DNA of 64,000 nucleotides from the NCBI GenBank assembly GCA_034927475.1, contig JAYFPW010000002.1, positions 45,372-109,371 of the forward strand, in the 5' to 3' direction. The stretch is from Candidatus Elulimicrobiales bacterium. GTDB taxonomy: Bacteria > Patescibacteriota > Minisyncoccia > Phycocordibacterales > UBA5272. Positions 18,810-28,774 of this stretch are shown one piece after another (within the stretch, counting starts at the first letter, position 1; each line of letters starts with the position of its first letter). Both the position numbers and the translations under genes were made by a program. A model generated the notes under the pieces. The model was given only the letters and a program-made list of their open reading frames with translations, made no database searches and was not told where the DNA came from.

Positions 18810-18919
18810 GAAATAATGAATCTTATAAATAAATTATATCATTAAAAATTACACAAATTAACACTCTTTTTTAAATCGGAAAAAGCTAAAATTCTTTGTT
18901 ATAATAAAAAGTAATAGGT

Positions 18920-20242
18920 ATGGATAGTATAGATAAAAGTAATTTCTTTTTTAGAAAGGCTCTGCTAGTTTTTGCTATAGCTTTTTTTGCTTTTTCTTTT
19001 TTTCAAATTCTTTACTCTTCTGCTCAAAATACTGAGGTCTCACAATGGCAAAATGAAATCTCAATGAGAAATGAAGAGATTAAAAAACTGCAAGCAGAAA
19101 TCGATGCTTACAACGGAAAAGTTGCTGGAACTCAGGCTGAAGCTAAAACTTTAAATAGCGCTATTTCAAAACTAGAAGCCCAGAAAAAGGATCTATTAAA
19201 TCAAATATCCTTAACTAATTTAAAAATAAAAAATACAGAAGGCAATATTTTCGAAACTTTAAATAAAATTTCTGAAAGAGAGGAAAGCGTGGGTGAAAGT
19301 CGTAAAGCAATAGCGCAAACTTTAATCGAAATGAAAAGATCAGAAGATATGAACTCTTTTATTTTAAATTTAGTAAAAATGGGCAATGGAAATCTTACGG
19401 AAGTTTTAGATAATTCTTATAAATTAATAAGTTTAAGCGAAACTTTACAAGTTAAAATAGCTAAATTAAACGGGGTAATTTTAGATCTTGGACAAAATAA
19501 AAGTGAATACGAAAAACAAAAAAATGAATTAAATAATTTATCTCAGAATTTAAACACCAGAGAAGATCTTGTGGCACAAAGTCAAAAAGAGCAAAAGACT
19601 TTATTAACTCAAACAAAAAATCAAGAAAAAGAATATCAAAAGATTATTGCTGATAGAAAAGCGAAAGTGCAAGCTTTACAAGACGAAGTAAATTCTTTTG
19701 AAGCAAAAATAAAATATAGTTTAGATAGAACTAAGCTTCCGACAGGTTCGGCTCTTGTTTGGCCTTTAGATAAAGTTGTAATTACTCAGTATTTTGGAAA
19801 TACGGAATTTGCACAATCTGGAGCTTATAACGGAAAAGGGCATAATGGTATGGACTTTGGAATTGCTGTCGGGAATCCAATTTATGCTGCAGCAGACGGC
19901 ACTGTTATTGGTACGGGTGATACAGATATAGCTTGTAAGGGAGCCTCATATGGAAAATGGGTACTGATAAAACACGATAATGGTTTAGCGACACTTTATG
20001 CCCATCTTTCATCTATTACTGTTTCTAGTGGACAAAAAGTCGGCGTAAAAGAACAGATTGGTTTATCTGGAAATACTGGCTATTCTACTGGTCCACATCT
20101 TCACTTTACTGTTTTTGCTGCAGACGCTGTAAAAATCTTTGGCCCAACAGAGTACAAAAGTAAAACTTGTGGAACATATATTGTTATGCCATATGCGCCT
20201 ACAGAAGGTTATTTAAATCCAGCAACTTATTTGCCGAAGTAA
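18920..20242 (+). CDS. M23 family metallopeptidase with N-terminal membrane anchor and coiled-coil (EnvC/LytM-like)
   Basis: N-terminal TM helix, ~230 aa of heptad coiled-coil, and a C-terminal M23 domain with HxxxD (GHNGMDF) and HLH (PHLHFTV) zinc motifs intact. Confidence 0.85.
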   Translation: MDSIDKSNFFFRKALLVFAIAFFAFSFFQILYSSAQNTEVSQWQNEISMRNEEIKKLQAEIDAYNGKVAGTQAEAKTLNSAISKLEAQKKDLLNQISLTNLKIKNTEGNIFETLNKISEREESVGESRKAIAQTLIEMKRSEDMNSFILNLVKMGNGNLTEVLDNSYKLISLSETLQVKIAKLNGVILDLGQNKSEYEKQKNELNNLSQNLNTREDLVAQSQKEQKTLLTQTKNQEKEYQKIIADRKAKVQALQDEVNSFEAKIKYSLDRTKLPTGSALVWPLDKVVITQYFGNTEFAQSGAYNGKGHNGMDFGIAVGNPIYAAADGTVIGTGDTDIACKGASYGKWVLIKHDNGLATLYAHLSSITVSSGQKVGVKEQIGLSGNTGYSTGPHLHFTVFAADAVKIFGPTEYKSKTCGTYIVMPYAPTEGYLNPATYLPK

Positions 20243-20299
20243 AAAAAGTAGCATATAATAAAAGAGTAGATATTATTAGTTTAATTAACTTATTTCAAT

Positions 20300-21226
20300 A
20301 TGGAAAAAAATTTTGACGGTTTTAAAATGGGAGGAATAGCCATGTTATTTATCGATCTTTTGATTTTAGGCTTTTTCTTCCTAATTGCTTTAATGGGAGG
20401 CTGGTTTCTACTTTTTGTGCTTGTAACTTTCATAGTAATGTTTTCTTGGAAAGGTTTTACTTTAAATGAGCCAAATGAAGCCAGAGTGCTAACATTTTTT
20501 GGAAAATATGTGGGTACAATTAAAGACACTGGATTTTTCTGGGTAAATCCATTTTTATCTAAAAAGAAATTGACTTTAAGAGCTAGAAATCTTGATATTG
20601 AACCTATTAAAGTAAATGATAAATCTGGAAATCCGATTATGATTGGTTCAGTAGTAGTTTGGAAAGTTAGTGATACCTATAAAGCCATTTTTGAAATCGA
20701 TAGTGCTTCAAATACGGTAATGGTTTCTAGTGGAAATCCAAAAGATGGTTCTGTACCAAGTTTCGGAATTGATAGAATGAAAGCTTATGAACATTTTGTG
20801 AGAGTGCAAGGAAATGCAGCTTTAAGAAGAGTGGCTGGAATGTATCCATATGATCAATCTGAAGAAAAAGATTTAGAAGGATTAACTTTAAGATCTGATG
20901 GAGAAGAAATTAATAAAATTCTAGAAAAAGAATTAGGGGAGAGACTTACTATTGCTGGAATTGAAATTGTAGAAGCGAGAATTAACTATTTAGCTTATGC
21001 TCCAGAAATTGCAGCCGTGATGCTAAGAAGACAACAAGCCGACGCAATTATTGCAGCTCGTGAGAAAATTGTAGAAGGAGCTGTCGGTATGGTAAAAATG
21101 GCTTTAGAAAAAATTGATGCAGATAAAACAGTGACTCTTTCTGAAGAAAAGAAGGCGGAAATCGTTGGTAATTTAATGGTTGTTTTATGTAGTGATGAAT
21201 CTGCTCAGCCAGTAGTTAATGTCTAA
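20300..21226 (+). CDS. SPFH/band-7 (stomatin/prohibitin-like) membrane protein
   Basis: N-terminal TM segment then EARVLTFFGKYVGTIKDTGFFWVNPF, typical of the SPFH domain. Confidence 0.7.
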   Translation: MEKNFDGFKMGGIAMLFIDLLILGFFFLIALMGGWFLLFVLVTFIVMFSWKGFTLNEPNEARVLTFFGKYVGTIKDTGFFWVNPFLSKKKLTLRARNLDIEPIKVNDKSGNPIMIGSVVVWKVSDTYKAIFEIDSASNTVMVSSGNPKDGSVPSFGIDRMKAYEHFVRVQGNAALRRVAGMYPYDQSEEKDLEGLTLRSDGEEINKILEKELGERLTIAGIEIVEARINYLAYAPEIAAVMLRRQQADAIIAAREKIVEGAVGMVKMALEKIDADKTVTLSEEKKAEIVGNLMVVLCSDESAQPVVNV

Positions 21227-21280
21227 AAATTAAACAATTATTAAAAGGTTAAAGGTTTTAAAGAAAATGATGCGACTAGC

Positions 21281-21309
21281 TTGCATTATTTTTTTTGTTG
21301 TGCTAATAT
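21281..21309 (+). promoter_or_regulatory. promoter TTGCAT-17-TAATAT upstream of the rRNA operon
   Basis: TTGCAT 21281-86, 17-nt spacer, TAATAT 21304-09. Its first 14 nt (TTGCATTATTTTTT) are shared with the tRNA-Gln(TTG) promoter. Confidence 0.5.
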
Positions 21310-21542
21310 AGATAAACCTAAATTATGTTTAATAAAAACAAAGAAAAATAAGCAGCTCCTAAAAAAGTGTTTTTAGTAGCCGCTTAAAAGCGGTTTTTAT
21401 TTAAAAAAATTTAGAATGTATTTTGTCAACAGAATCCTGTAGCATCATCAATTTAATATCTCAATATTTTGGGGTCTTTTCAGATGATGTATATAGATTA
21501 TATAAAAATTATATAAAGGTAAAAAAACTGTAAAATAAAAAA

Positions 21543-21554
21543 CACTCTTTAATC
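21543..21554 (+). promoter_or_regulatory. boxA-like antitermination element in the rRNA leader
   Basis: cactctttaatc resembles the boxA consensus GCTCTTTAACAA. It lies ~40 nt before the mature 23S 5' end. Confidence 0.4.
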
Positions 21555-21589
21555 TGCAGCGGTGTAGATGAAGAGAAATGGTAAATATA

Positions 21590-24500
21590 TTTCCTGATAG
21601 GAAATATAAGAGCATAAGGTGGATGCCTTGGTTCAAGAAAGCGATGAAAGACGTGATCAGGCTGCGATAAGTTTCGGGGAGGTGCCTAATAACCTTCGAT
21701 CCGGAAATTTCTGAATGAGGAAACTCTCCTGAAGTAATGTTCAGGAATCTAGGGAGCATATCTTTAGAGGCAAACCTGGGGAAGTAAAACATTCTAGTAC
21801 CCAGAGGAAAAGAAAACAAAGTTTATTCCGCAAGTAGCGGCGAGCGAAAACGGAGGAGCCCAAATTCTTTGTAGTAATACAAAGTTGGTTGTAGGCTTGA
21901 GATGTAGAATTATCTAGAGGAGTTACAAAAGTTGATTATAGGTTAAGCTATTGGAAAGTAGCACCACAGAGGGTGATAGTCCCGTAATCGAAATCTTCAA
22001 CTCTCTTTTATCTCTTGTCCTGAGTAGTTCGAGACACGAATAGCTCGGATGAATCTGCCGGAACTAACCGGTAAGGCTAAATATTTCTTGAGACCGATAG
22101 TGAACTAGTACCGCGAGGGAAAGGTGAAAAGAACCCTGGAAAGGGAGTGAAATAGAACTGAAACCTTATGTTTACAAAGAGTAGGAGAGGACTTGTTCCT
22201 CGACTGCGTGCCTATTGAAGAATGAGCCAACGAGTCTTATTATCCAGCCGGCTAAGCAGCATAAAGTTGTGGAGCCACAAGCGAAAGCGAGTGTTAATAG
22301 CGCGAAATAAAGGTTGAGTAATAAGGACCCGAAGCCGGATGAGCTACCCATGAGCAGGGTGAAGCTTGTCGAAAGACAAGTGGAGGCCCGAACCAATAAG
22401 TTGTGCGACTCTTTTGGATGACTTGTGGGTTGGAGTGAAAAGCTAATCGAATTCGGTAATAGCTGGTTCTCGTCGAAATATTTTTTGGAATAGCGTCAGG
22501 TGGTCCCTTTGGGGGTAGAGCACTGGAAGGTCTTGACTAGTGGAAACACGGCAATACCTATCAAACTCCGAATACCAAAGATTATCAGCCTGGCAGTCAG
22601 ACTCCGGGGGCGAAGCTCCGGTGGTCTAAAGGGAAACAGCCCAGATCTAAAATTAAGGTCCCTAAGTATATGCTAAGTGTAAGCAAGGATGTGAAGTTTC
22701 ATTGACAATGAGGATGTTGGCTTAGAAGCAGCCATCATTGAAAGAAAGCGTAACAGCTCACCCATCGAGAGACTCTGCGCCGCAGATGATCGGGACTCAA
22801 GCATATCACCGAAGTTTAGGGATTGTATGTTCGCATACAATCGGTAGACGAGTGTTCCACTCTGCGTTGAAGCGAAAGGGGTGACCCATCGTGGAGCGTG
22901 TGGAAGTAAGAATGTTGGCACAAGTAACCGCAATGGAGGTGAGATCCCTCCACGCCGAAAGAATAAGGTTTCCTTCGCAATGATTGTCAGCGAAGGGTTA
23001 GTCGAGCCTAAGGGGATGGCAATGCGCCGGACCCGATGGACATAAGGTTAATATTCCTTAACTTGGTATAAATGTGATGGAATGACGCATTGTTGTACTC
23101 TATGCCTCTTATCAGATTGAGGTCTTTGTAATGATTAGCGAGAGCATGTAAATCAGTTCTCGAATACTGAGAGTTATGAAGCGAAGCTTGTAGCAATACT
23201 GGTGAAGATAGAGGAGCACGGTGCCGAGAAAAGTTTCTACATCTACTGAATAGTAGATATTGTCTTGTGAATAATGTTTCTAGTCATCTATGAAATATTA
23301 TTCACAAATGTGACAATACTTAAGTTTATATCAAACCGTACCGCAAACCGACACAGGTATTCAGGTCGAGTAGACCCAGGCGAACGAGTGATTTCTCCCT
23401 AAGGAACTAGGCAAAAAAGCAGCCGTAAGTTAGCAATAAGGCTTGCCTGTAGCAATACAGGCCGCAGTGAAAGTTTCTCTGGCAACTGTTTATCTAAAAC
23501 ACAGCTCCATGCGAACTCGTAAGAGTATGTATATGGGGTGACACCTGACCAATGCGGGAAGGTCAAATATCGGTGGTCACATGGTGATCTTGAAATTTAT
23601 TATTCGTAATTTATTTTGAGTTCACCATGTGGCTGACTGATATAAGCCCCCGTCAATGTCGGCGATAACTATAATCGTCCTAAGGTAGCGAAGTTCCTTG
23701 TCTGGTAAGTTCAGACGTGCACGAATGGTGTAATGACTGGGGAACTGTCTCAGGGAGTAGCTCGGTGAAAATACAGTGGCGGTGAAGATGCCGCCTACCT
23801 GCAGATAGACGAAAAGACCCCGTGAGCTTTACTCTAGCTTGGTATTGTGTTTATTAATTTGTTGCGTAGAATAGTGGTGAGACTTTGAAGTATAGATTTT
23901 GGTTTATATGGAGTCGACAGTGAAATAGCCATCTGCATCTTGGTAAACACTAACCTAAACGGAAAAAACGTTTAGAGACAGTATCTGGTGGGGAGTTTTA
24001 CTGGGGTGGTACCCTCCTAAAAGGTAACGGAGGGGTTTATTAAGGTCAGTTAGGCGCGAATGGAAACCGTGCCGATAGTGTAATGGCATAAACTGGCTTG
24101 ACTGTAAGACGGGCATGTCGAGCAGATACGAAAGTAGAACATAGTGAACCGACAATTCGCATTAGATGCGGTTGAAGATTAACGGATAGAAGCTACCACG
24201 GGGATAACAGGCTAGTTCCACCTAAGCGTCCATAGCGACGGTGGAGTTCGGCACCTCGATGTCGGCTCATCTTATCCTGGGGGTGAAGAAGCTCCCAAGG
24301 GTATGGCTGTTCGCCATTTAAAAAGATACGCGAGCTGGGTTCAAACCGTCGTGAGACAGGTTGGTCTCCTATCTACTGCAGGCGCTTGAATATTGAGAAG
24401 ATTTGTCTCTAGTACGAGAGGACCGAGATGAACTGACCTCTGGTGTGTGGGCTCTGACGCTAGTTGGATCGCCCAGTAGCCAAGTCGGGAATGGATAAGT

Positions 24501-24645
24501 TCTGAAAGCATCTAAGAACGAAGCCAACTTCAAGATAAGTATTCTATGAGGGTCGTAAGAGATGATTACGTTGATAGGATCTAAGTGTAAGTACAGTAAT
24601 GTACTCAGCTGAGGATTACTAATAACCCGATTCTTATCAGGAAAT
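21590..24645 (+). rRNA. rrl: 23S ribosomal RNA (approximate ends, ~3.05 kb including AT-rich expansion segments)
   Basis: 5' aagagcataaGGTGGATGCCTTGG...GATGAAaGACGTG. Internal conserved blocks include GTACCGCAAACCGACACAGGT, GGATAACAGGCT and ACGAGAGGACCG. 3' GAAAGCATCTAAG... Terminal helix cctgatagg/cttatcagg. Confidence 0.9.
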
Positions 24646-24909
24646 ATATTTATCATGTTTTTACAGACTTAACTCTTGTATCCTAAAAATTATTTTTGAT
24701 TGATTTTTAATTAATTTTCTTTAATTTTTAGGATTCAGGAGTTAAAAAGCCACGTCGGTGTGCTTAATATCTAGTTAACAATTCTTAAGATTAATAGAAA
24801 AATTCTATCAAAATTTTTCTTTAATTTTAACTTGCGTTGGCGATTTAACGACATTAAGCATCCGACGATCTAATACAGGATTCTAAACTCAAATCAAAAG
24901 ATTTGAGTA

Positions 24910-25028
24910 TTCTGTTCTCCCGATTCAGATGAAGGGTAACACACCATCCCATTTCGAACTGGATCGTGAAGACTTCACTCAGCGATGGTAGCGTCCGCGC
25001 AAGAGTAGCTTTTCGGGAGAACAGAGTA
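24910..25028 (+). rRNA. rrf: 5S ribosomal RNA
   Basis: Terminal helix tctgttctcccg/cgggagaacaga, with an internal ...CCCATTTCGAACTGG...GTAGCGTCCGCGCAAGAGTAG pattern ~265 nt after the 23S. Confidence 0.8.
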
Positions 25029-25066
25029 CTTAAATTTGAAGCAATTTGACTTTATGTGCTCTACTC

Positions 25067-25097
25067 AAAAACACCTTGATTTATCAGGGTGTTTTTG
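25067..25097 (+). terminator. terminator after 5S rRNA
   Basis: aaaaacacctt-N8-agggtgttttt hairpin plus T-run. Confidence 0.6.
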
Positions 25098-25123
25098 ATT
25101 TTGTGAAATCAAATTTTTATGAT
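25095..25123 (+). promoter_or_regulatory. promoter TTGATT-17-TATGAT for rplJ-rplL
   Basis: Hexamers with a 17-nt spacer, overlapping the T-run of the 5S terminator. Confidence 0.5.
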
Positions 25124-25223
25124 ATATTTATATTCGTAAACCAAAGAAGTGAGTGAGCAAATATAGCTCTTAAAATACAAACTCACGGAGGTCGAACTTA
25201 GGCATTTTGCCAGTGTTTACCTT

Positions 25224-25260
25224 AAATCTCTCTAATCTCTTTGGTTGAGAGATTTTTGTT
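25224..25260 (+). promoter_or_regulatory. leader hairpin plus U-tract (putative attenuator) in the rplJ leader
   Basis: aaatctctc-N14-gagagattt followed by ttgttt, located ~100 nt before the rplJ ATG. Confidence 0.4.
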
Positions 25261-25277
25261 TATAAAAATAAAAATAT

Positions 25278-25348
25278 CAGAAATCAAAACTAATTTTTAG
25301 AAAGCTAACCCCGCAAGCGAAGGCTTTCAAAAATTGTTTTGATTTCTG
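25278..25348 (+). promoter_or_regulatory. structured operator element (copy 1) immediately upstream of rplJ, mimicking the 23S L10-binding region
   Basis: 13-bp outer stem cagaaatcaaaac/gttttgatttctg encloses ttagaaagctaaccccgcaagcgaaggctttc. A near-copy lies upstream of rplL. The motif TTAGAAGC resembles 23S UUAGAAGCAGCC (seen at 22712-22730 in this window). Confidence 0.5.
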
Positions 25349-25358
25349 TAAAAATATT

Positions 25359-25844
25359 ATGGCATTAAGTAAAGATAAAAAATCTGAATTAATTAAAAAG
25401 TATTCTGGTATTTTAGACAAAGCTAAAACTTTAGTTTATGTAAAGTTTAAAGGCTTAAATGTTAAAGACACAGAAGCTTTAAGAAAGAAACTTTTTGCAG
25501 AAGGGATTTCTTATAATGTAGTTAAAAAAACTCTTTGGGATAGAGCTCTTTCCGACAAAAAAATTGATGGTGAAAAACCAGAAATCGGAGAAGAAATGGC
25601 TGTTGTGGCTGGAGAAGATTTATTAGCTGCTGCTAGAATCGCAAATGATTTTAGTAAAGAACACAGGGGAATCTTTTCTATTATTGGAGGAATTTTTGAT
25701 GGTGTATTTAAAGATGAAAAGAGTATGATGGAAATCGCTACCATTCCTTCAAGAGAAGTTCTTATTTCTCAAATTGCCTTCTTATTTAAATCTCCAATGC
25801 AAAGATTGGCGATTGGTATAAATGAAGTAGCAAAGAAAAAGTAA
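25359..25844 (+). CDS. rplJ: 50S ribosomal protein L10
   Basis: 161 aa, MALSKDKKSELIKKYSGILDKAKTLVYVKFKGLNVKDTEALRKKL..., typical L10. Confidence 0.9.
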   Translation: MALSKDKKSELIKKYSGILDKAKTLVYVKFKGLNVKDTEALRKKLFAEGISYNVVKKTLWDRALSDKKIDGEKPEIGEEMAVVAGEDLLAAARIANDFSKEHRGIFSIIGGIFDGVFKDEKSMMEIATIPSREVLISQIAFLFKSPMQRLAIGINEVAKKK

Positions 25845-25860
25845 AAGAATTTTTAAAACT

Positions 25861-25926
25861 GAATCAAAATAATTTTTATGAAGCAGGCCCCGCTTTGCGA
25901 AAGCTTCAAAAAATCATTTTGCTTCT
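25861..25926 (+). promoter_or_regulatory. structured operator element (copy 2) upstream of rplL
   Basis: tgaatcaaaataatttttatgaagcaggccccgctttgcgaaagcttcaaaaaatcattttgcttc is ~75% identical to copy 1, with an equivalent outer stem and a gaagc/gcttc inner stem. Confidence 0.45.
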
Positions 25927-25964
25927 CTAAAATATAAATTATAAAATTAGTAAAATTTAAAATT

Positions 25965-26336
25965 ATGGAAAAATATAAAGATTTGTTAGATAAAATTGAC
26001 GGAATGTCAGTTCTAGAATTAAATGAATTAGTAAAAGCTATTGAAGAAAGATTTGGTGTATCTGCAGCAGCAGTTGCCGCAGCTCCAGCAGGAGGCGCAG
26101 CAGGAGGAGCTGAAGCAGAAGAAAAATCTACCTATACAGTTCACCTTGAAAATGCAGGTGAAGGAAAAATTGCAGTTATGAAAGTTGTAAAAGAAGCTCT
26201 TGGTCTTGGACTTAAAGAAGCTAAAGACCTCGTAGATGGAGCTCCTGTAGACCTAAAGAAAGACGTTAAGAAAGATGAAGCTGAAGCTCTAAAGAAAGCT
26301 CTTGAGGAAGCTGGAGCTAAAGTTGCTCTAAACTAA
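25965..26336 (+). CDS. rplL: 50S ribosomal protein L7/L12
   Basis: N-terminal dimerisation domain, Ala/Gly/Glu hinge and C-terminal [27 protein letters not shown]... Confidence 0.93.
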   Translation: MEKYKDLLDKIDGMSVLELNELVKAIEERFGVSAAAVAAAPAGGAAGGAEAEEKSTYTVHLENAGEGKIAVMKVVKEALGLGLKEAKDLVDGAPVDLKKDVKKDEAEALKKALEEAGAKVALN

Positions 26337-26357
26337 TTCTGTAGACAAAAAACACTA

Positions 26358-26392
26358 AAAAACACTCTAATTTTAGGGTGTTTTTTATTTTT
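26358..26392 (+). terminator. intrinsic terminator after rplL
   Basis: acactcta-attt-tagggtgt followed by ttttttatttttt. Confidence 0.65.
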
Positions 26393-26472
26393 TAAAACAT
26401 ATTTCCTTATTTTTCAAGGTTTGATTTTAAATAGAGATAATGCTAGTATTTTAATATAACAGAATAAGAAAT

Positions 26473-27057
26473 ATGGACTCATTAGTAAAAATTTTTCAAG
26501 CAAATAATGGTGATGTTAGACTTAAAGTATTAAGATTTTTTTTGGTTAATGATAAAGAATCTTTCAGTATAGACGATGTGGAATTTAATACTAAAACTAG
26601 AAGAGATCCATTGAAAAAAGACCTTCTATTTTTAGCTGGAGCAGGATTCTTAGAAAGAAGATTGGAAAAAAATACTAGTGTTTATAGATTTAATCAAAAT
26701 TTTGAGTATAAAGAAGCTTTGTATAATTTAGTTTTTGATTTAAAAAATCTCAATAAAAAGATAATTCTCGATAAATTTAAAAAAATCGGAAGAATTAAAC
26801 TTTTCTCTTTAACGGGTGTATTTATTGAAGACACGGATATTGATCTTGATATTTTGGTGGTAGTTGATATTTTAAAGCCAAAAGAAGCCAATAAAATTAC
26901 AGCTGAACTCGACGCGACTTTTGCTTCTAAACTTAAAGTTTTAATAATGGACATTGAAGAATTTAATTATAGAAAGAAAATGTTTGATAGATTTTTACAT
27001 TTAGTTTTAGACAGTCAAAGAATTACTTTAATAGATAAACTTTCAGATAAAATTTAA
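26473..27057 (+). CDS. hypothetical protein with an N-terminal winged-helix-like region
   Basis: 194 aa. N-terminal VRLKVLRFFLVN...DLLFLAGAGFLERR pattern. The C-terminal D-rich segment (EDTDIDLDILVVVD) could be a minimal nucleotidyltransferase but is not convincing. Confidence 0.35.
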   Translation: MDSLVKIFQANNGDVRLKVLRFFLVNDKESFSIDDVEFNTKTRRDPLKKDLLFLAGAGFLERRLEKNTSVYRFNQNFEYKEALYNLVFDLKNLNKKIILDKFKKIGRIKLFSLTGVFIEDTDIDLDILVVVDILKPKEANKITAELDATFASKLKVLIMDIEEFNYRKKMFDRFLHLVLDSQRITLIDKLSDKI

Positions 27058-27181
27058 TCTTATAAATATATATTTTTGTCTTTTGTGGATAAGATTTTAA
27101 TCTGTGCTTTTTATAATGATATAATTTAAGAGTTAAGGCAAGTTTATAAATTAATTTTAAATTATAAAAATTTTAAAAAAT

Positions 27182-27859
27182 ATGTTTGAACAATATATTA
27201 ATATTTTAGGACAAGAGCTTATTACTGTTTCATCAAAAATGGTAGCTTTTCTTCCTAATTTTCTTATCGGTGTTCTTATTTTATTAATCGGATGGTTGTT
27301 TGGGGTAATTTTAGGTAGAGCAACTATTCACATTTTTGATATTCTTGGTTTAGATAACTTTTTTGGTAAAGCGGGGTTAAATCGTTTATCTAGAAAATCC
27401 GGATACAGATTATCTTTAGGAGTAATTTTTGGAGCAATTGTTCGCTGGACAGTGATTATCGCTTTTGCGTTAGCTGCAGCAAATGTATTTGGGCTTCATT
27501 ATGTATCCTCTTTCCTTATTGGTATTCTTAATTATCTTCCTTCTGTATTTATTGCAGGCTTTATTATTGTCATCGGTACAGTTCTTGCTAATTTTGTTGA
27601 AAAACTTATCGATGGTTCAGTAAGAGCAGCAGGTCTTAAGGTTTCTATTGCTGGCACAATTGCTAGATATGCAATTATGCTTACAGCGGTTCTTGCAGCT
27701 TTAAATCAATTAGATATCGTTACTACCTTTACCAACGCTATCTTTATCGGATTCATCGGAGCAATTTCACTCGCTTTAGGTTTAGCTTTTGGTTTGGGAG
27801 GAAAAGAAGCTGCAGCGAGAGCTATTGATAAAATCGAAAAAGATTTTACTAAAAAATAA
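27182..27859 (+). CDS. membrane protein with two 'conserved TM helix' repeats (small mechanosensitive-channel-related family)
   Basis: Internal duplication FLPNFLIGVLILLIGWLFGVILGR / YLPSVFIAGFIIVIGTVLANFVEK, typical of the PF05552-like repeat. 5-6 TM helices. Confidence 0.5.
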   Translation: MFEQYINILGQELITVSSKMVAFLPNFLIGVLILLIGWLFGVILGRATIHIFDILGLDNFFGKAGLNRLSRKSGYRLSLGVIFGAIVRWTVIIAFALAAANVFGLHYVSSFLIGILNYLPSVFIAGFIIVIGTVLANFVEKLIDGSVRAAGLKVSIAGTIARYAIMLTAVLAALNQLDIVTTFTNAIFIGFIGAISLALGLAFGLGGKEAAARAIDKIEKDFTKK

Positions 27860-27961
27860 TTTTACATTAATTTAAAATTAATTTTCTAACATAAAAAGCA
27901 CAATAAAATGTGTTTTTTATTTTTATAAAAGTTTATAGATTTATGGTAGAATTAACTTATT

Positions 27962-28768
27962 ATGCAAGGCACTTGGAGAACTAGAAGAAAAAGTATCTTT
28001 ATTTTTATTGGCTCTTTTCTGTTATTAGCTTTTTTAGTTTTTAAATTGTATCCCTATATTAATCCAGCTCCAAATTGTTTCGATCAGGAGCAAAATGGAG
28101 ATGAAGACGGAATAGATTGCGGTGGAAGCTGTGCTATGGTTTGTAATGACAAAGTTTTGCCTCTTGAAATACGATTTACTAGATTTATAGAATCAGAAGA
28201 AAATTTATACGATTTAGTGGCTTTTGTGCAAAACCCAAATGCTGATAAAAATATTGAAGGTAGTATTTTAGATTATAGTTTTTCACTTTATGATAAAGCT
28301 GGTTCTTTAATACATACTTTTTACGGAACTTCTAGCCTGCCAACAGGTCAAGCTTTTCCAATTATTATGCAAAATATTCCAATAAGTTTTGCTGGTACAG
28401 GAAATGCTCTTTCGAGAATATCTTTTGATGTGTCAAATTTAAGCAGGCCTTGGATTAGAGTAGATGAAATTTATAAAAATAGTTTTTTTAGAGTAGAAGA
28501 TTATTTATATGAAAGAGAAAAGAATAATATTACACAATTAACAGTCTATCTTCAAAATACAACCAGAGCAAATTTTAAAAATGTTCCGGTTAGAGTACTT
28601 TTAAACGATGATAAGGGGAACGCTATAGCTGCAAATGAGACTTTGATTCGAGACATAGGTCCTGGAGCCACAACACAACTTAGTTTTACCTGGAGAATAC
28701 CACTCGAAATAGAAAATCCTCAAGTAGAGGTTTATCCAATAGTAACTCCAGACACTTATATTAGATAG
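27962..28768 (+). CDS. hypothetical membrane-anchored extracytoplasmic protein
   Basis: N-terminal TM helix, then the Cys-rich acidic segment CFDQEQNGDEDGIDCGGSCAMVCND. No family recognised. Confidence 0.35.
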   Translation: MQGTWRTRRKSIFIFIGSFLLLAFLVFKLYPYINPAPNCFDQEQNGDEDGIDCGGSCAMVCNDKVLPLEIRFTRFIESEENLYDLVAFVQNPNADKNIEGSILDYSFSLYDKAGSLIHTFYGTSSLPTGQAFPIIMQNIPISFAGTGNALSRISFDVSNLSRPWIRVDEIYKNSFFRVEDYLYEREKNNITQLTVYLQNTTRANFKNVPVRVLLNDDKGNAIAANETLIRDIGPGATTQLSFTWRIPLEIENPQVEVYPIVTPDTYIR

Positions 28769-28774
28769 ATTTTC

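Noticed and set aside
21379-21400. Hairpin plus T-run (gccgcttaaaagcggttttta) between the rRNA promoter candidate and the 23S
   Set aside because: It could be a terminator for the upstream SPFH gene, or an rRNA-leader structure. This makes it ambiguous whether the 21281 promoter or an unrecognised downstream promoter drives the rRNA, so it is not called separately.
23215-23640. AT-rich insertions in 23S considered as possible group I/II introns or homing-endonuclease hosts
   Set aside because: Segments are short (~60-120 nt), fall at known variable-helix positions, and carry no intron-encoded ORF or recognisable intron core. Interpreted as expansion segments.
21448-24656. ORF-track calls inside the 23S rRNA on the minus strand (21448-21819, 22172-22396, 22673-22933, 23008-23196, 23955-24155, 24369-24656)
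   Set aside because: They lie entirely within the 23S rRNA gene and its flanks on the antisense strand. Low-complexity translations. Spurious.
27080-27100. Perfect DnaA box (TGTGGATAA, reverse-complement TTATCCACA) in the AT-rich spacer after 26473-27057
   Set aside because: It is a single copy with no cluster of additional boxes or DUE-like pattern. A lone 9-mer is expected by chance in AT-rich DNA, so it is not called as oriC.
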